From positions 1-64,000 of the forward strand of contig JALJEE010000149.1 in the NCBI GenBank assembly GCA_023231475.1: a stretch of DNA of 64,000 nt. Direction: 5' to 3'. Position 1 is the first letter of the stretch. The number at the start of each line of letters is the position of its first letter. Made by a program: the position numbers and the translations under genes. The notes under the pieces were generated by a model. The model made no database searches. It was not told where the DNA came from and saw nothing but the letters and a program-made list of their open reading frames with translations. Shown here in pieces: positions 28,601 through 44,700 of this stretch. The DNA comes from Seison nebaliae. Lineage: Eukaryota.

Positions 28601-31600
28601 AACTTTTACATTCTCCCTCAGAGATATAGAATCCATGTTGGGGATGACGAAGCATTTCACATTATTTAGCAGGAAGATGATATTAAAGAACGAATAAGTT
28701 AACAAGAAGAAATGAAACATTTAGCGAAGTATTATTTGAGGGATAAAAGAGAACGAGACAGAAACATTATCGTTGATTGAAATGAATTACGTAATGAACA
28801 AAAAATGTTTTCATTCGATGAACTACCTATCATCATCATCATCATCATCATTTCCATTCAATAGAATTGCTTTTGTATCATCTCATTTGTAATTCGTCGT
28901 CCGATACACAATACCAAAGTGGATACAAATTCGAGCAAGAAATATGATTGGAATCAAATATAATGTCATGTCAAGGTTTGGCATATTTTTCGTTGGAAAG
29001 TGGATAGATAAATCGATTGGAATCATCATTACTTCTTCCACTATTATTATTATTCCTATTTCTATTGAGTCGATGAGGCGAAATGAATGAAAGTAGATGT
29101 TGGTCGAATATTAAGACCGGATCTTCATCATACAAAATTATTAATAACTTCATTTACTCTTATAATAATTCAATTGTATTATAATAATTAATTTAATTAT
29201 TACAAATAAATTTTACTAAACTATCCTCATAATCTTATCAACAATCTTCAACTATTCCATCTTCCTTTAACAACATTTAATATCTTTCTTAAAATATTCC
29301 TTGCAAACAATTCCATTAACAAATCTCCTTACAAATATCAATAGATTAGAGACAATTCATATCGAATCTATAGAAGATCTCCACAAAAATTATTTAAAAG
29401 AAGATTAGAGTACAATAGATGAATCATATCTTCCCGAATGAATAAGAGGAAACATAAATCAAGGATTATCCGTCGGTAGTATTAAATTTCTCAAAATTCA
29501 TCCAGTTAATTCTCACACCATATCCGACTTTCCTACATATTGATTCTGGAGAAAGAAGTACGTTCAAGCACATCGATAATAATCAAAGTGGAGTACACAC
29601 AATGACTGAGGCTCTTCTGATCAATTTCTCATAATTTACAGGTTAATTGTTAGCAATAAATTCACGCTTGTGGAAAGGGAAATCTTAAGGAGTTTCGTTC
29701 GTCTTATCATAGTCTAAATACATATCTTATCAAAAAACCACTTCATTTACAATCATCAAGATTCTTCATTCAAAAATTAGGGTAAAGACAAAACTTCTTA
29801 TTCGTCTAATATCTGTTTACCTCGAACGAAAAGAAGACACTTCTACTCCTTTCAAATGTTCATTGGCAAAATGGACCAGTTTTATTCCTCCTTTACATTC
29901 TTGTCCACAATTTCTTTCTTTTCACGAAACTTTCAGTCAGTTTTAACGTATATGTTTTTTTGAACTTTTTCAAACAATTTGTTCGTTTTCGAAAAAATGT
30001 AAAAAATTTCGTAAAATAATCTCCATTTCTGTGCAGTACAAAAGGGACAGAACTGTCAATACGAAAAGAGTACAATTGTCCTAATGAAAGGAGCTGAAGC
30101 ATCCGGTCGTACATTGTAAACACAAACACTTTTCAAAGATTTTATGAAGACGAAATTTTGATGAAATTAATAGGAGAAGATCAACAATGTCATTCTGATT
30201 TATAGGTTCAAATTGTACTTGAGCTCACAGTGGGTGTAATTGTTTGGAGGATGGAATTATCAGATGAAAAAACTAAGGAAGAAAAAAATGAAATTTTTAA
30301 GTGTATAGACGAAATTACCGTTAAGTGATACAAAGTAATAATTGTGTACGTTTAGTGAAAAGTCGAACGGCTAAGGTCGTTTTTATGATGTTTCATTCAC
30401 TCGATTGGCGTTCTTCACAAAGGAAGAGAATTTGAAAATAAAATAATTCGGTTGCATGAAAACAAAAAGGAAGATCTGTAGGAGAAAGGCATTATCGAAT
30501 TCAATAATTATAAGTCAATTACTATTCTTCTCTTACATCAATTCTCTTATTTTATAGATCTATAATCAACTCAATCACTTCTAATTATTTTGTATAAAAT
30601 TCACAATCTGATTTTGAAGAAAAAACACACTTCGCCTAAAATTTTCGAATTAATTTGACTCTCCTTTTAAAAAATGTATTTCGCTCTCGGTTAATATTAG
30701 TGCACTAAAAGTGCTCTAAATAAAATGCCTTAAATTGAAGATTTGATTAATATTGATGTTACTAATTCGAATAGTGAATAATAATTTTCTTTTTAGATAA
30801 ATAAGGATAAATATTCTCGATCTAATACCAGAAGTAATTTTTTTTATTTCCAACATCTTTTCAACTTATTTGATGTTCTTCCGTCAAATTATTCATTTTC
30901 TATACAACTACCAATATTTGGAATATTAATTACGGATACCTTCCGTTCGAGGCGAATTCATTCTATCAACAACATTGTATCAATGTACTTTTTACTTCTT
31001 CCGCTCACCACAATCTAGCACACGTTTAGCATGCGACTGAGTTTGTTTGCGTGAATTCTCTCAACATTCATGTCTACTATTCTTGCGAGACTGGGAAGTA
31101 CGATTATTAATTAGGTAACAATAAAGTTTATCGACTGCATCTTTCCTTTTTCCTGGTTGATCGTTGATTGTTTTTACCTTTGCGCATTCCATCTTCCTCC
31201 ACCATCGACATTGACTCGAAATTCAGTCATTGACTGTCAAACTTTCGAACAATAATCATTTTGATAAATTATTTTTTAATTCCATACATACCGATTATCA
31301 GGAGAGTATGATTATTTAAAGTTTTTTCTTCAATAAAAATATTTGTCATTTGCTCAAATTCTACTCGACGAAATAATCTAATAATACGAGGAAGAAAGTT
31401 GACAAATAATTGCGTAATTCATTTACATAATAATTTAATAAAAAATAGTTAGATAACCATCAATTCGATGAATTGGTTATGGTTTGAGTCGATAATTTTT
31501 TTCGTAATAACAAAATTAATGTTGTTGGGTTAATGAATAAAAAAATGTTTTTTAATGGAAAAAGCAAAATTAGAAATTGTTTTAAAAGTTTTTAAAGTAT

Positions 31601-31635
31601 ATTAATATTTCGTTGAAATTTTCTGATTTATTCGA

Positions 31636-31672
31636 AAGAAGAAGTAGTAGAAGAAGAAGAAGAAGAAGAAGG
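31636..31672. repeat. Imperfect (GAA/GTA)n microsatellite
   Basis: aagaagaagtagtagaagaagaagaagaagaagaagg is visible. Confidence 0.8.
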
Positions 31673-32710
31673 AGAAGTTAATAAGGAAAAAACGAAAAAA
31701 GGAAATTTTTTGAGGAAAAAGGTACGTAATACATTCTACATGAAATCTTCTTTATTAAATAATTTTATTATTAGTTATCGTAATTAAAGATTTAATATTA
31801 TTCTACTGGGAAATAGAGACATTAGTTGTCTTTCCTTTCTCGACTATAAAATATTGATAGAATTATCTGACCTCTGTATTAGGCGAAGAAAGATGTTCAT
31901 ATCATCAACTTTCCGACATAATGGTAGTGATGTGCATGACCGGAAATTATGTTTGCATTTACAGTCATTTTCCATTACATTCTCTCTCATATTCCTCACT
32001 GTGAAATAGTGACGGTAAAATTGACGGAAGCAGTATTTGCTAACCGCAATCACTTTGGTTATGTATTTTTGTTTAGGAAAGTTGTATTTATGTGGCCGGA
32101 AATCATTCAAGACATTATCAACTTCTTAATCGAACGATTTATTAATTTTATATCATTCTCATCTTTTCATCTTTTATTTGTTCACATCAATAAGCGATTG
32201 AATGATTCCCACAAAAACGAATGATGGAATTCAAATCAACAACCGATCGGCTATTATCATTATGATTATTAGATGATAATGACTGACGGACGGACGATGA
32301 CATGAACAAAGAAACATATTGTCAATTTCTGACATCGTTCTCAAATCCATCAATTTCCTCCCCGAACTAAACTGGAAATGAGAAGTTATTAACGATTTAT
32401 TCCATTCACATGAAGGAGGAGGGGGAGGAGGAGGAGGAGAAATTTTTCATTAAATTCTCACTTAAGTTTGGGCGTGATACATGAATCGAATGAGGAAATA
32501 TGATGAAACGATATGTGTAATTACATCCGATTAAAAAATTTGGATAATTTTTATAAATTTATTTAAATAATGTTTCGAATGAATTAAATGAATGGAACGG
32601 AATGATTCCAACAATTAAATTTGGATAATAGTAGTAGTAGTAGGAGTAGTAGTAGTGTGCTTTAGTATAAACAGTCTTCCGTAACTTATGAAAAAAGGAT
32701 GGTATTTTTA

Positions 32711-35700
32711 TCAGTGCAGTGGAAACAAATCACCAAATTGATGATCAGCCGAATTCGTATTTTCTTTAATGGAATCATCTTCTTTTTTTGTTTCATCTGT
32801 CTCTCCTTCACTTCCCTTCTTGTCATTCGTTTCAGGATAATCGAAAATTTCTGACGTCGAATTGGATTGCGTGTTCGGATTTAATGAATTTTCTAGGTCG
32901 CTCTTAATTGGGAAATTGATTGATCAATCGATTCAATGATGACAATTATCGTTGATAAAGAGATAGACTAACAAGTAACGGCGGTAATTTACTATCAGAA
33001 TTATTGATTGATGATTGAGGTATAGTAAATTCTTGTTCTTCGATGATCGATTCCTCTATTTCCGGTGCTCGGTGTAACGGATTTTCGAATGTTTCCGGCG
33101 TACGTTGCCGCCCAAATTTCAATGAGAATAACCTGGGAATGTTTCGAATGTTGGTTAATTGTCGTTCGATTAAATTCGTACGATCACTATCAACACTAAT
33201 TGTCAACACATGAGATCAATTAGTGTTTGATGAAATGTAACTTCGATTCATGTTCATTCCTTTTTCGTTGTATAATGAAAAATAAGATTATCGCGACAAC
33301 TATGCCAATTAAGAAGATTGAGATTCCCAATCCAACTTCTTCAATAAATAAATTATTCAAATAAATAAATTATAAAAATAAAGTGAATTGAACTAGTATG
33401 AGTTTTATTGGGAACACAAAATTTTCCGATCCATAAACATCTCGGTTGAGTCTCGTTACATAAGGGACCGAACCAATTCTTATCACAGAAACATTCGGCA
33501 TAAATTAAATCGCTACTTGTACTATTGACGATTGGTGCGATGTCGGATGGATGACAATAACCATGTTCGGTACATCCACAAATTGGGAGATGATTAAGTT
33601 CCTCTTGAATTCCTGCATTACATTCTGAACTGCCATCACTTAAGAAATTGGAATTGTCGGGACATGCACAATCATAAGTGACATTTAAAGGTAAATAGAA
33701 ATTGAAGAATTTCGGTGTTAGCAAACACAAATGTGAACAGTTGGATGATAGACAAGGATCATGCAATGACGTATTCAATCGATCATCATGAAATATTAGC
33801 ATGTCATTCAAATTACGATTAATTAACGGTTTGGCGACACCACGACCAAATTTATCGATTTGAACGACTCGCTGATTGTGAAGATAAAAATAAAGATATG
33901 GTCCAAACACATCTAATCGGAACGGATGTTTTCCCATCGCTAAAAAGAAAATAATAATCTCTTTCAATAAAATATCGAACATGTATGATGAATTATACGA
34001 CGATCATTTCCTTGCCAATCAGCTGTTTCGATGACTTCTCTCTTATAATCCACCCAATAAATCCGACACAATTGTATTGTGCCAACATTGTTTGATGTTT
34101 TCTTCTTGTCAATATCTTTCAAGAAATCTTCGAGATGTGCTGTTTGTTGATGATAATCGATCGTTATCGCTGATATCCATCCTATCGATTTATCGATTAT
34201 AACTTCAATTGCACGTCCTGTCATTTCTCCCACCATAATTCTCGAACCGCGAACTAACGAATTCTCTGCCCAATACATATAACTGACGAAATTAGATTTG
34301 ATAATGGAATATTAAATTGAAATTAACCCATAAACAGGATTTAATGCAATCGAATCGATTTGATATGGTGAATCTAAATCCAATTGACGTAATGTTCGAT
34401 GATAACGTCCGTCCAAAGTTTGAACGCGCAATCTGTTACGATTATCAGAAATATATAAATTTCTTGCTCTCCAATCGACAGCGATATGTCGATAGACATC
34501 ACCGAAATAACTCCGATTATTTTCTGGTGATAAAGAATTAATGAGTTGTGCATTGCCAGTGGTGAGTGGATGAGTATTGAATGCCGTTCTCCACAAATCG
34601 CCACCACTCACAAAATATAAATGTCCTTCAATGTGTAATTAAATTTAAGAGTAATTTATTTATTTTATTTATTTGAATAAATAAACTTCGTTTGAAATCG
34701 ATTGACATTCGTTCAATTGTCCATTTATTCGATGTAATCAACATGGAATATTCCATTGCTTTATCTCCTTCTAATATCAATCGTCGAATACTCATACCAT
34801 CGGTAACTAACAACATGGTATTAGATTCTATAAAATGATTTTATGAATTTAAATCTTAAATGATGTATTTGATCAATTTTTAACTAATCGGTTCACAGTG
34901 AGTCCCCAAACCGTTTGTTACGTCAACGAAATTCGCTGCACATTGACAATGGAAGAAACCTTTCGTATTACTGCACATCTGAGGACAATGAGATGAGAAT
35001 TGTGCACATTCATCCACATCAGAACAATACGCTAATCTCCTACTTTCTGATTGACCGATTTCATATTTTTTGAAAAAACCGTTTGCGCAGGTGCACGCAT
35101 ATCCACCCGATTTGCCATGACTTGTTAAGTTCACACATTTCTGATCACAAACAGTTTGTGTGGCGCAATTGATAGATGGATCGGAATGACATTCAAACTC
35201 ATCAGAATTATCACCACAATCATCGAAATTATTACAAACTAATGCCATAGGAACACATCGTTTATTTGCACAACGCATTTCATCACTCTTACATCGTTTA
35301 TCATTCTCCGTATGTTTATGATGACATGCATCTTTCGGCGATTGATATGCCTCATCGGAACCATCAGCACAATGTTTGACGGAATCACAAGTTCTCGTTA
35401 AGGGCAAACATCGACGATCGCTTTTACATCTAAAATATCTCGCATCAGAACTATCACTGATTAATAAGAATTAAATTCATTAAAATGGTAATAAAATAGA
35501 ATTCGAGTAACGTGTCACAAGGGAAGACATTTGCACAATAATTAATATCTTCGTCACTACCATCACCACAATCATCCTCACCATCACAAGCGAATTGTTT
35601 ATGAATACAAACATGATTCTTACAATGGAATTCTTTTGAATTACAATAACTTCCATCCGAATATCTGAGATGATGGAATTTAAAAATAAAATTTAAATTT

Positions 35701-38700
35701 AAATTAAATATTTGAAAAAAAACCTGGGCGGACAAGTCGATTCATCGCTCCCATCCTTACAATTCAATTGTTTATTGCATTTCTGATTTTGAGGAATACA
35801 ATGTCCTGACGAACATTGGAACATCGAAGTAACGGCACAAGTATGACTGGCACAATCCTGCATTTCATCTGTACCACCATCACCACAATCGTCCTCATGA
35901 TCACATACCCAACGTTGTGGTATACAACGGAAATTTCTACATTCGAATTCATTTTCCGAACATGAACGATATCGATTTTTACAATCAACTTCATCGGAAC
36001 CATCTTTACAATGTGTTCGATGATCACATCGATATGGTGCCGGAATACATTCACCAGATGTACATTTGAAGAAAGTGGCATGTGAATTGGATGACGAGCA
36101 AACATTCGTATTATTTCCATGCGATTCACAATGAACGAGTGACTCATCTGCTCCATTCTTACAATGAACAATTCCATCACATAAATTCCATGAATGGATA
36201 CACTGGTAAGAGTTCGGACATTTGACGTAACCGATTGGACATTGTCGATTGCGACATTCGAATTCTGGTTCGTCACTCTTATCTTCACAATCGAAATCCA
36301 TGTCACACTTGAATTTCAATGGAATGCATTTTTTCGATCTTGTGCACTGAAATTCGTGGAGTGCACACTTATGTGCACGAATTTTATTTATATAATTCTT
36401 CTTCCATTCACAAGCGGTTGACGACTCATCTGAATTATCATTAGCACCACATTCATTTGTTGAGTTGTTACACACTTGTTCAGCATGAATACAATTCGAC
36501 CGGATTTGACATCGATACATATGAGATTGACAACCGAAAAATGAACATTGACTTTCATCCGAATTATCTCCACAATCATCATTTCCGTTACACAACAATT
36601 GGGATGTCGTACAATTCTCATTCTTACATTGGAACATTCCCGATTGACATACTCGTTTAGGACAATCCAAAGGCTCATCCGAACTATCAGAACAATCCTT
36701 CTCACCATCACAATACCATACTTTAGGAATACATTTCTCATCAACACCACCACAACGGAATTCATTCTCCTTACAATTCGCTAAACAATTTACACTGTTT
36801 TGAGGATTCCTTATGAATGATTGAGAGCAACGGCATTCATAATCAGTGATGGTATTGGAACCGGAATTCATTCCATTAAAATCATATTTTCTGTTATATT
36901 TCGTCAAACATAAATGAGAACATTTAATTGATAAATTATCACAAGCACTTTTTCGGATGTCTTTCGGTTGTTGTTGTTCATGCCAAACGATCATCGATTT
37001 GATTTTTTGTGGTGATGTTAAAATATTACCACTATTCCAACCGTCTAATGCGTCCGCTTCGAAAATGGTATTATTCGTCAAATCAGCCCAGAATAATTTC
37101 GATTCGAAATAAACTAAAGATTGTGGCCATGGCGAATGACGTTCGTGTGTCGACCAACTATGTCGATTATTTCCATAATAATTCGAAAATTCAACTCGTT
37201 GTAAATGGATATCTGACCAGAATATCCGTTGACTCGCTATATCGATCGACATGGAAATTGGCGAACTGATATTTTTGGTTATGATCTTTGTGAAATTCTC
37301 TCCATTCAAATTCATCCGACCAATATATGGAGGATAAGTGTAATCGCACCAAAATATAAAACCGACAATCGGATCGATGACCATCGAAGTTGGATGTCCT
37401 AAAATCGTTCGGTTTACCAAAATCAATTTATGATGTCCATCATAATTAGTGACTGATAATTGAGTGTTTTTTTCATCTGATTCGAAATAATATAAATTCT
37501 TTCCAATCCAATCAGTCGCCATTCCACTTATTGGACCGATGGTATTGATGATCATTGACGATGATTCATTTTTTATCGATTCATCTACTTTCACTTTCAT
37601 TCGATAAATTTGTTTATGATAATCATCAGCAATAAACAAATAATTATTCTCGATATCATTCGCAACATTTGAAGCGATAATAAAATTGGGAGAAATGGCT
37701 TCGTAATATCGATTGGTGAGACCGAGACCTCTCACATAATACACGTTAGCGAAAATGAGATGTGGAAGATTCGTTCGTTTCGTATATCGACAATATGGTA
37801 ATTTCTCATAAGATAAATGAGAAATTTTTTTTTCCGATTGATGAGTTCGATGAACTTTCGATGAATAACGAGTATCGACTGATAATAATGGAGATGTTGA
37901 TGTTTTCCCATATCCATATCTCTCGTTACATTTACAGATATAAGAACCAGATAAATTTTCACATTGTTGCGAACAGACATAAGGATTATCTTGACATTCG
38001 TTTATTTCAGCACAATGTGTTTTTGATGGTAATAATAATCGATGTCCGACCGGACATGTACATTTGAACGATGTGATGGTATTGATACATTCGAATTGAC
38101 ATGGTGAATTAGTGGCACATTCGTTGATATTACAACCACTCTCGTCTGATTTATCTAAACAATCAGCAACTTGATTACAAACTTGAGTGTAATTGATACA
38201 TTGAACTTGATTGGCACATCGAAATTCAAATGATTTACATTGAATTCCTCCATTAATTTTACATAAAGTTTCTGATTCATCAGAATTATCGAAACAATCG
38301 TTCAATCCGTTGCAGATGGATGATCGTCGAATACATTTCCGATTGTTACATTGAAATTCGTTGGCGGTACAAGAACGATAATTACATTTTGACATTATCT
38401 CATCTGAACCATCACCACAATCATTAGCATGATCACATTTGTATCTCTTGTCAATACAACGATTATTAGCACAACGGAATTCGCTCGATTTACACGTCGT
38501 CTGAATTGTGTGTGTACAATTTTGTTCGTCTTCACCTAAAGTACAATGAGATACTCCGTCACACAACAAATTTTTACTGATACATCGTCGTCGTCGTTTT
38601 AATCGAACACCTGACGAACATTCGAAATCTTCTGATGAACATTTCCTCGTTGCACATTGATGTCTCTCGTCCTCATCCGACATGTCACCACAATCATTAT

Positions 38701-41700
38701 CATCATCACAAATATATCTGGAATTAATACATCGTCCATTATTACATTTGAATGACGAATTTCCTGGACATCCATGTGAAGCCAATGAACAATTTGCAGG
38801 TTCGTCATTTCCGGACAGACAATCCTTCTCACCATCACAATACCATAATATGGGAATACATCGACTATTCGAACAACGGAAATGTGATTCGGGACAATGA
38901 AATGTTCGACAATAAAATGGATCCTCATCCGATCTATCACCACAATCATCATCACCGTCACATAACCATAAAGGATTGATACATCGATTCGTTTTCTGAC
39001 AACGAAGATTTGTAGTTCCCGTACAATTACGTGGGGGACAATTCTGTTCATCTGCCGCCAATCCAACATTGTCACGATCACTACAATCATTGAAACCATC
39101 ACAACGATCTCGCGGTCTCAGACAACGCAAATCAGGACATTGAAATTGTGTTTCGTTCGCACATTTGGGATAAATGCAAGTTTGTGGATCTTCATCCGAA
39201 CCATCATCACAATCGTTCTGTTTATTACAATATTGAGAGATGGGAATACATCGTCCATTTTTACAACGGAATTCTGTCGGTCGACATTGATGGAAATAAC
39301 AAACATTCGGAAATTCGTCAGAACCATCACGACAATGACGAATGGAATCACATTGATAATTGCGCTGAATGCACTCGCCAGACGAACATGCAAATTCTTC
39401 ACTTTTACATTTAATCGTCGATAATATGCATCGTTTACCATCAACCGCTAACACTTTATCTTGTTGGGATGGACAAGAACATTCACTTTTGCCATTTGAA
39501 GCTGGTAAACAAATATCAGTACAACCACCATTTCTTATGGAACAAGGCGAATATGTGCACTTTTGTCTACTGGCTCGATAAACTTGAATGTCCATTGGTG
39601 GTGTCTTCAGGCCTGAAACTAATACTTGTACATCACTCCCGCCATATTTCTCCATTTTGTACACACCCTTCAAATTCCAATCCGTCCAATAAATATAATG
39701 ATCACTCACCGTCACAGCAAACGGATGAACAGTTGCAGCGATCGATATTCGATTACTTCCATCGAAATTTACACGTTCAATCAAATCGTAATAAGCATCA
39801 GCGAAATATAAATAATTATCTTCATAATCGATTGTCAGAGCATTTGGCCATTTTAACTTTTCAGAGACAATGGTCGTTCTGTTCGAACCACTCATTGAAG
39901 CACGTATAATTTTCGCTTTCTTATTCTCCCAACTCGTCCAGAACATCAATCCTTGACATGGATGCAAGGCAATCGCCCTCGGTTTACGTGTCTGTGCAAT
40001 TATCGTTTTCTCGTTTGTCGCCCCAGCTTTCGTGGACAATGCGAAAATTGCATGATAATTTCTATCGGCCCAATACAATCTCCCATGAATCCAATCATAA
40101 GCAACACCTTCAGGTTTCCCTTAAAAGAATTAATTCAATTATGAAAAATTTTCAAAAAAAAACAAAAAATTTACCAATAAAATCTCTCGAGATATTTCGT
40201 TTTCTTATTAAATATTTCAATTTACTTATAGTTTTACCAGATACTTTCGATTTGTATAATCCAGCTCTTCTTCCCACGATACTAAAATGAAATCATAAAA
40301 TATTTGGGATATTTGAAAATGATAATGAACCTGATGAAAATAGTTTTTGATTTATAATCAAAATCAATTCCGACGGCACTTGATCGTTTCCTCATCGGTT
40401 GACTTGGCCAAATCTCTTTACCTGTCACCATATCGGCACTGTGCATTCCATCCAATGTATTGAATATTAAATAATCTTCTTTAATCTTACATTTTCCATT
40501 TGGTAATGATTTCTCTCCAGATTCACATGCACAACCATATCGACGACCATCGATTAAATCGGGAAAATCAAAACAGAATTCCGTACAACTTCCATCATTC
40601 TTACAAGTTGAATTACCAAATGTCGGTTGTACGTCGTTATGATAATAGAAGATATCTTTTACTTTATTAATATCTTTTCTCAAAATTGTTGCGACTTTTA
40701 TGTTGAATATTTCCGTTTTGTTCGAGAAGGCTGATAAAGGATAACTGTAAATCGATTTTAATCGATAATCACTAAATATCAAATTCGTTTTCGTCAATGT
40801 AATTGCTCGAACATCGTTCACATTTGAAATTAATGTCATTTTCTTACTACCGTCAAATTCACAACGACTAATTCGATTCAAATATCGATCTGACCAATAT
40901 AATTGATGTGTTCGATAATCGATAGTCAGAGCAGTTGGTTGTGCACCGGTAAATGTGACAATACTCGTACACCTCTTTCCATCCAAATAACAACGGTGAA
41001 TAGCTGCAGTATGTCCCCACGATATCCAATAGAGGTATCTCAAAATCGGATTGACGACTAGATGTGTTGGACAGAAAGTAGAATTCCTGTAAATGATAAT
41101 TGAAGATGACAATTTCTTATTATTTTTCAATCGTTTAACTGCCATAAAACATTCATTTGCTTGTAAATAAATGTAATAAAAATACTGAGAGATCCAATCA
41201 TATGATAATCCATGAATCTTAATCTTGGAGAACTTATTTGAATGTATCAATTCCGTTTTATTTCCATTAAGATCAGCGGAAATTATTTGGGATTTGCGGT
41301 CGATCCAAAATATTAAATTTTTACGATAATCCATCGCTAATGACGATGTTGACGCATTGCATGAAATTGGCATCAATGCTTCATTGGCAAAGGAATTATT
41401 TCCTGTTGTTAATGGAATTCCTCTTATCAATCGATTATTGGAGAAGAGAATAAATTCATTGATTAGAACACATCGTCTCTCGCCTAATAACTTATATCCA
41501 ATGGAACATTTACATTTACGACATTGTGATTGACTATCGCCACATGGAAGACAAATATGTTCACATCGACCATTATCATTCTCACAAGCTGAATAACCTT
41601 CATAATGGATGTAAATTTAGTACAAATTATCATGAAAAATTAAAAAAAAACCTTTGGTTACTACTTCATCCATCGTCTTTCTGGTAATTAATTTAATTTG

Positions 41701-44700
41701 AGAAATCTTTCTGAAATTATGATGAATTACCGTCAAATTACCGTTCTCATATTTCATCAATCGATCATTACTAATATCTCCGTAATACACAGCGGTACCG
41801 GACGAAGTGACACCTGTCGGCTGACCATGTTGATCAGATATTTGTCTTTGATTCGAACAATCAGGCATTTGACACATCCAAACCTAATTTCAATTTGAAT
41901 ATAAAATTTTAAAAAATAAGAAAAAACTTCATGAGATCCCGAATCGGTCCAATACAACGTTTGAGTTGAACTGTCGATATTGATATAGATTGGATTGGTT
42001 AGTGACGGTGTATTTATTCTTTTGTAATCGGAACCATCTAAATTGGTGGATGAAATTCTTCTAGAAATACCACCACCACCAGCATCTATCCAATATAATC
42101 GACTATAAAAAAAGAAAATTTTATTTACTTTAAATTTTTTAAAAATAAATAAAAATAAAACCCTTTAAGTAAATCCAAAGTCATTCCTTGGGGTGCATAA
42201 CAATTCTTCATATCAGAAAATAATATTGTTCTTCTTTTATTTCTCACGTTCAAGACGTCGATCGCATGATTCTCTCGATTTCCAATATAGAGATTATGAT
42301 TCATATAATCTAATGCGAGACTATACGGATCTCCAATAATGGTATGATCATTCTCCAAAACTACCTTATAATCAGTTCCATCATATTTGATCGATTTGAT
42401 ATTTGTCTACACAAAACCAAATAATATAATTATAAATAATTGTTAGTCGTACAGTTAAAAAGTTAACGGCTGATTTACTTTTCTTATGTTCCAACCAATA
42501 AATACGTTGCTCATTCAAATCGACAGAGAAATCATAACCCGATTTCAATCCGATCACTGGAATGATATGATCATAATCAATTGAGTAAGATTCGCTTTTA
42601 ATCGATATGCCCATTATCCGTTTATTTGTCATGATTAACATGAATGTTTCCGTATCTTGAATTTAAAAAAAAAAGTTGAAAATTACGATATTTTTTGAAT
42701 ATTTTAAATTTTTACTTTTCTCACAAGAACGACCATCTTTTTGTAAGATAAAACCAATTTGACATTTACAAGTATATTTCTCCGGTTTCAATGAATTTGG
42801 CAAGCAAATTTGACTACACTGATTATTGCGACAAGCCGATGCAGCCCCTGATGGAAGAAAGAAAAAATTTTAATTAAAAAAGAAAAATCTTCTGACGTTT
42901 CTGAAGAGAGGGACACATTATGGCGAGCTTCTTTGGTTTAGAGAGACCTCGTTTCACCACTAACGCCGATGGTCTCCCAATCAATTTTTCCATTCGGCTC
43001 AATGACTTTCCAGCTTGATCAATTATGTAGACATAATTCTCATAGACCGAAATGCCAATCGGCGAACGTATCAACTGGGAAGAAAGTAAATTATTCTTAA
43101 TATTTTTAAACTATAAATTAACATGTTCGTTGTAGATCATTTTATGTTTGGATGTACCGAAATAATTCATTTGTTGAACAATTCCCAAATGAGTATCAGC
43201 GAAATAAATTCGTCGACGGAAGAGATCTAATGTGATTGCTGATGGTGCCACAATTCCTTCTTTGAGAATTGTCGTTCGATCAGAACCATCTAATTGTGAT
43301 CGTTCGATACTTGGATGTAATCCGCCTTCAACCCAAAAAATATATGTTCGTCTTTCATGAAAATTATCGTGGAGAAAATAATAAAATAGAGAAATGGAAC
43401 TTGGAAGTTGGATCGACAACGATATCTCTCGGATTCGTTACATTTTTACTGACGACGATAACTCGTTTCAATCCGTTATAATCACAACTCTCGATCGTTC
43501 CTGTTCCTTTATCCGCCCAATATAAACGTTTATTTATCCAATCCACAGTCATTCCATAAACTCGATCGATTCCATTTGAAATGATCTTTTAGAAGAATAT
43601 CATATTGAAAATGACAAAGAGGAAAATTAACGATATTGTATCGTCTTCGACCAAGATCATATCGAACAATATGTCGTTTCTTCTTATCAGCGAAGAACAT
43701 ATAACGATAATTGACGTCTGTTGCAATTGCTGATACATATTTCATATATCGACGATTTTTGATTAAGCCCCATCGATTGGAATGATATGGTCTGGCGATT
43801 ATTCGATTTCGATCAGTCATGAACATATAAACAGCAGTCGCTTCTTCAAAACAGAGAAAATTTTAAAAGGAAATCTTTTAAAATAAGTTCAAAACTCTTA
43901 ATTTTACATGTTCTTCCATCAGTACTTAATTGATATTCGCTTGAACATCCACAAGTATATGATCCAATCGTATCACGACAATATTGATAACATGTTTTAT
44001 GAATGTCATGACATTCGTTCACATTTTTACAAGTTTTATAATTGTCATTTTGTTGTGTCTCATAACCGGGTGGACAAAGACAAAATGCGCCAAAGGGTGA
44101 TTGTTTGCATTGATGAGAACATCCGCCGTTATTGATATTACAAGAATGATCGTTACATAAACGACCTTCATCATCACCGGACGGACAATCGACATTTCCA
44201 TCACACACCTTCGTCATATTCAAACAATATCGATCAGTTCTACATAGAAATTGATCTTTCTTACATATCGAAGTAGTCGCAGTACCATCTGTACACCCTT
44301 TCTCGTCGGAACCATCTCGACAATCTGTTTCTCCGTCACATTTCCATGATTTGGGAACACATTGTCCATTCTCACATTGGAAATGAGTATCCTTATTACA
44401 ACTCTTGACTTTCGCTTTAAAAAAAATTTAATGAAATCAATGATTTTACAATCATGAATATTAACGACAATTACGTCCTTCATCACTTGAATCACCGCAA
44501 TCATTATGACCATCACATTTGAATAATGCAGGAATACAAACACCAGTTGTTTGACATTTGAATTCATCTAAATAAAATTTAATTTAAATATTTTTATTTT
44601 ATTTTCAAACCTTTTTGACAAACATTCGTTGGTCGTGGACAATTAATTTCATCGGTTCCATTCTGACAATCTCTAATTCCGTCACATCTGATTGAAAATC

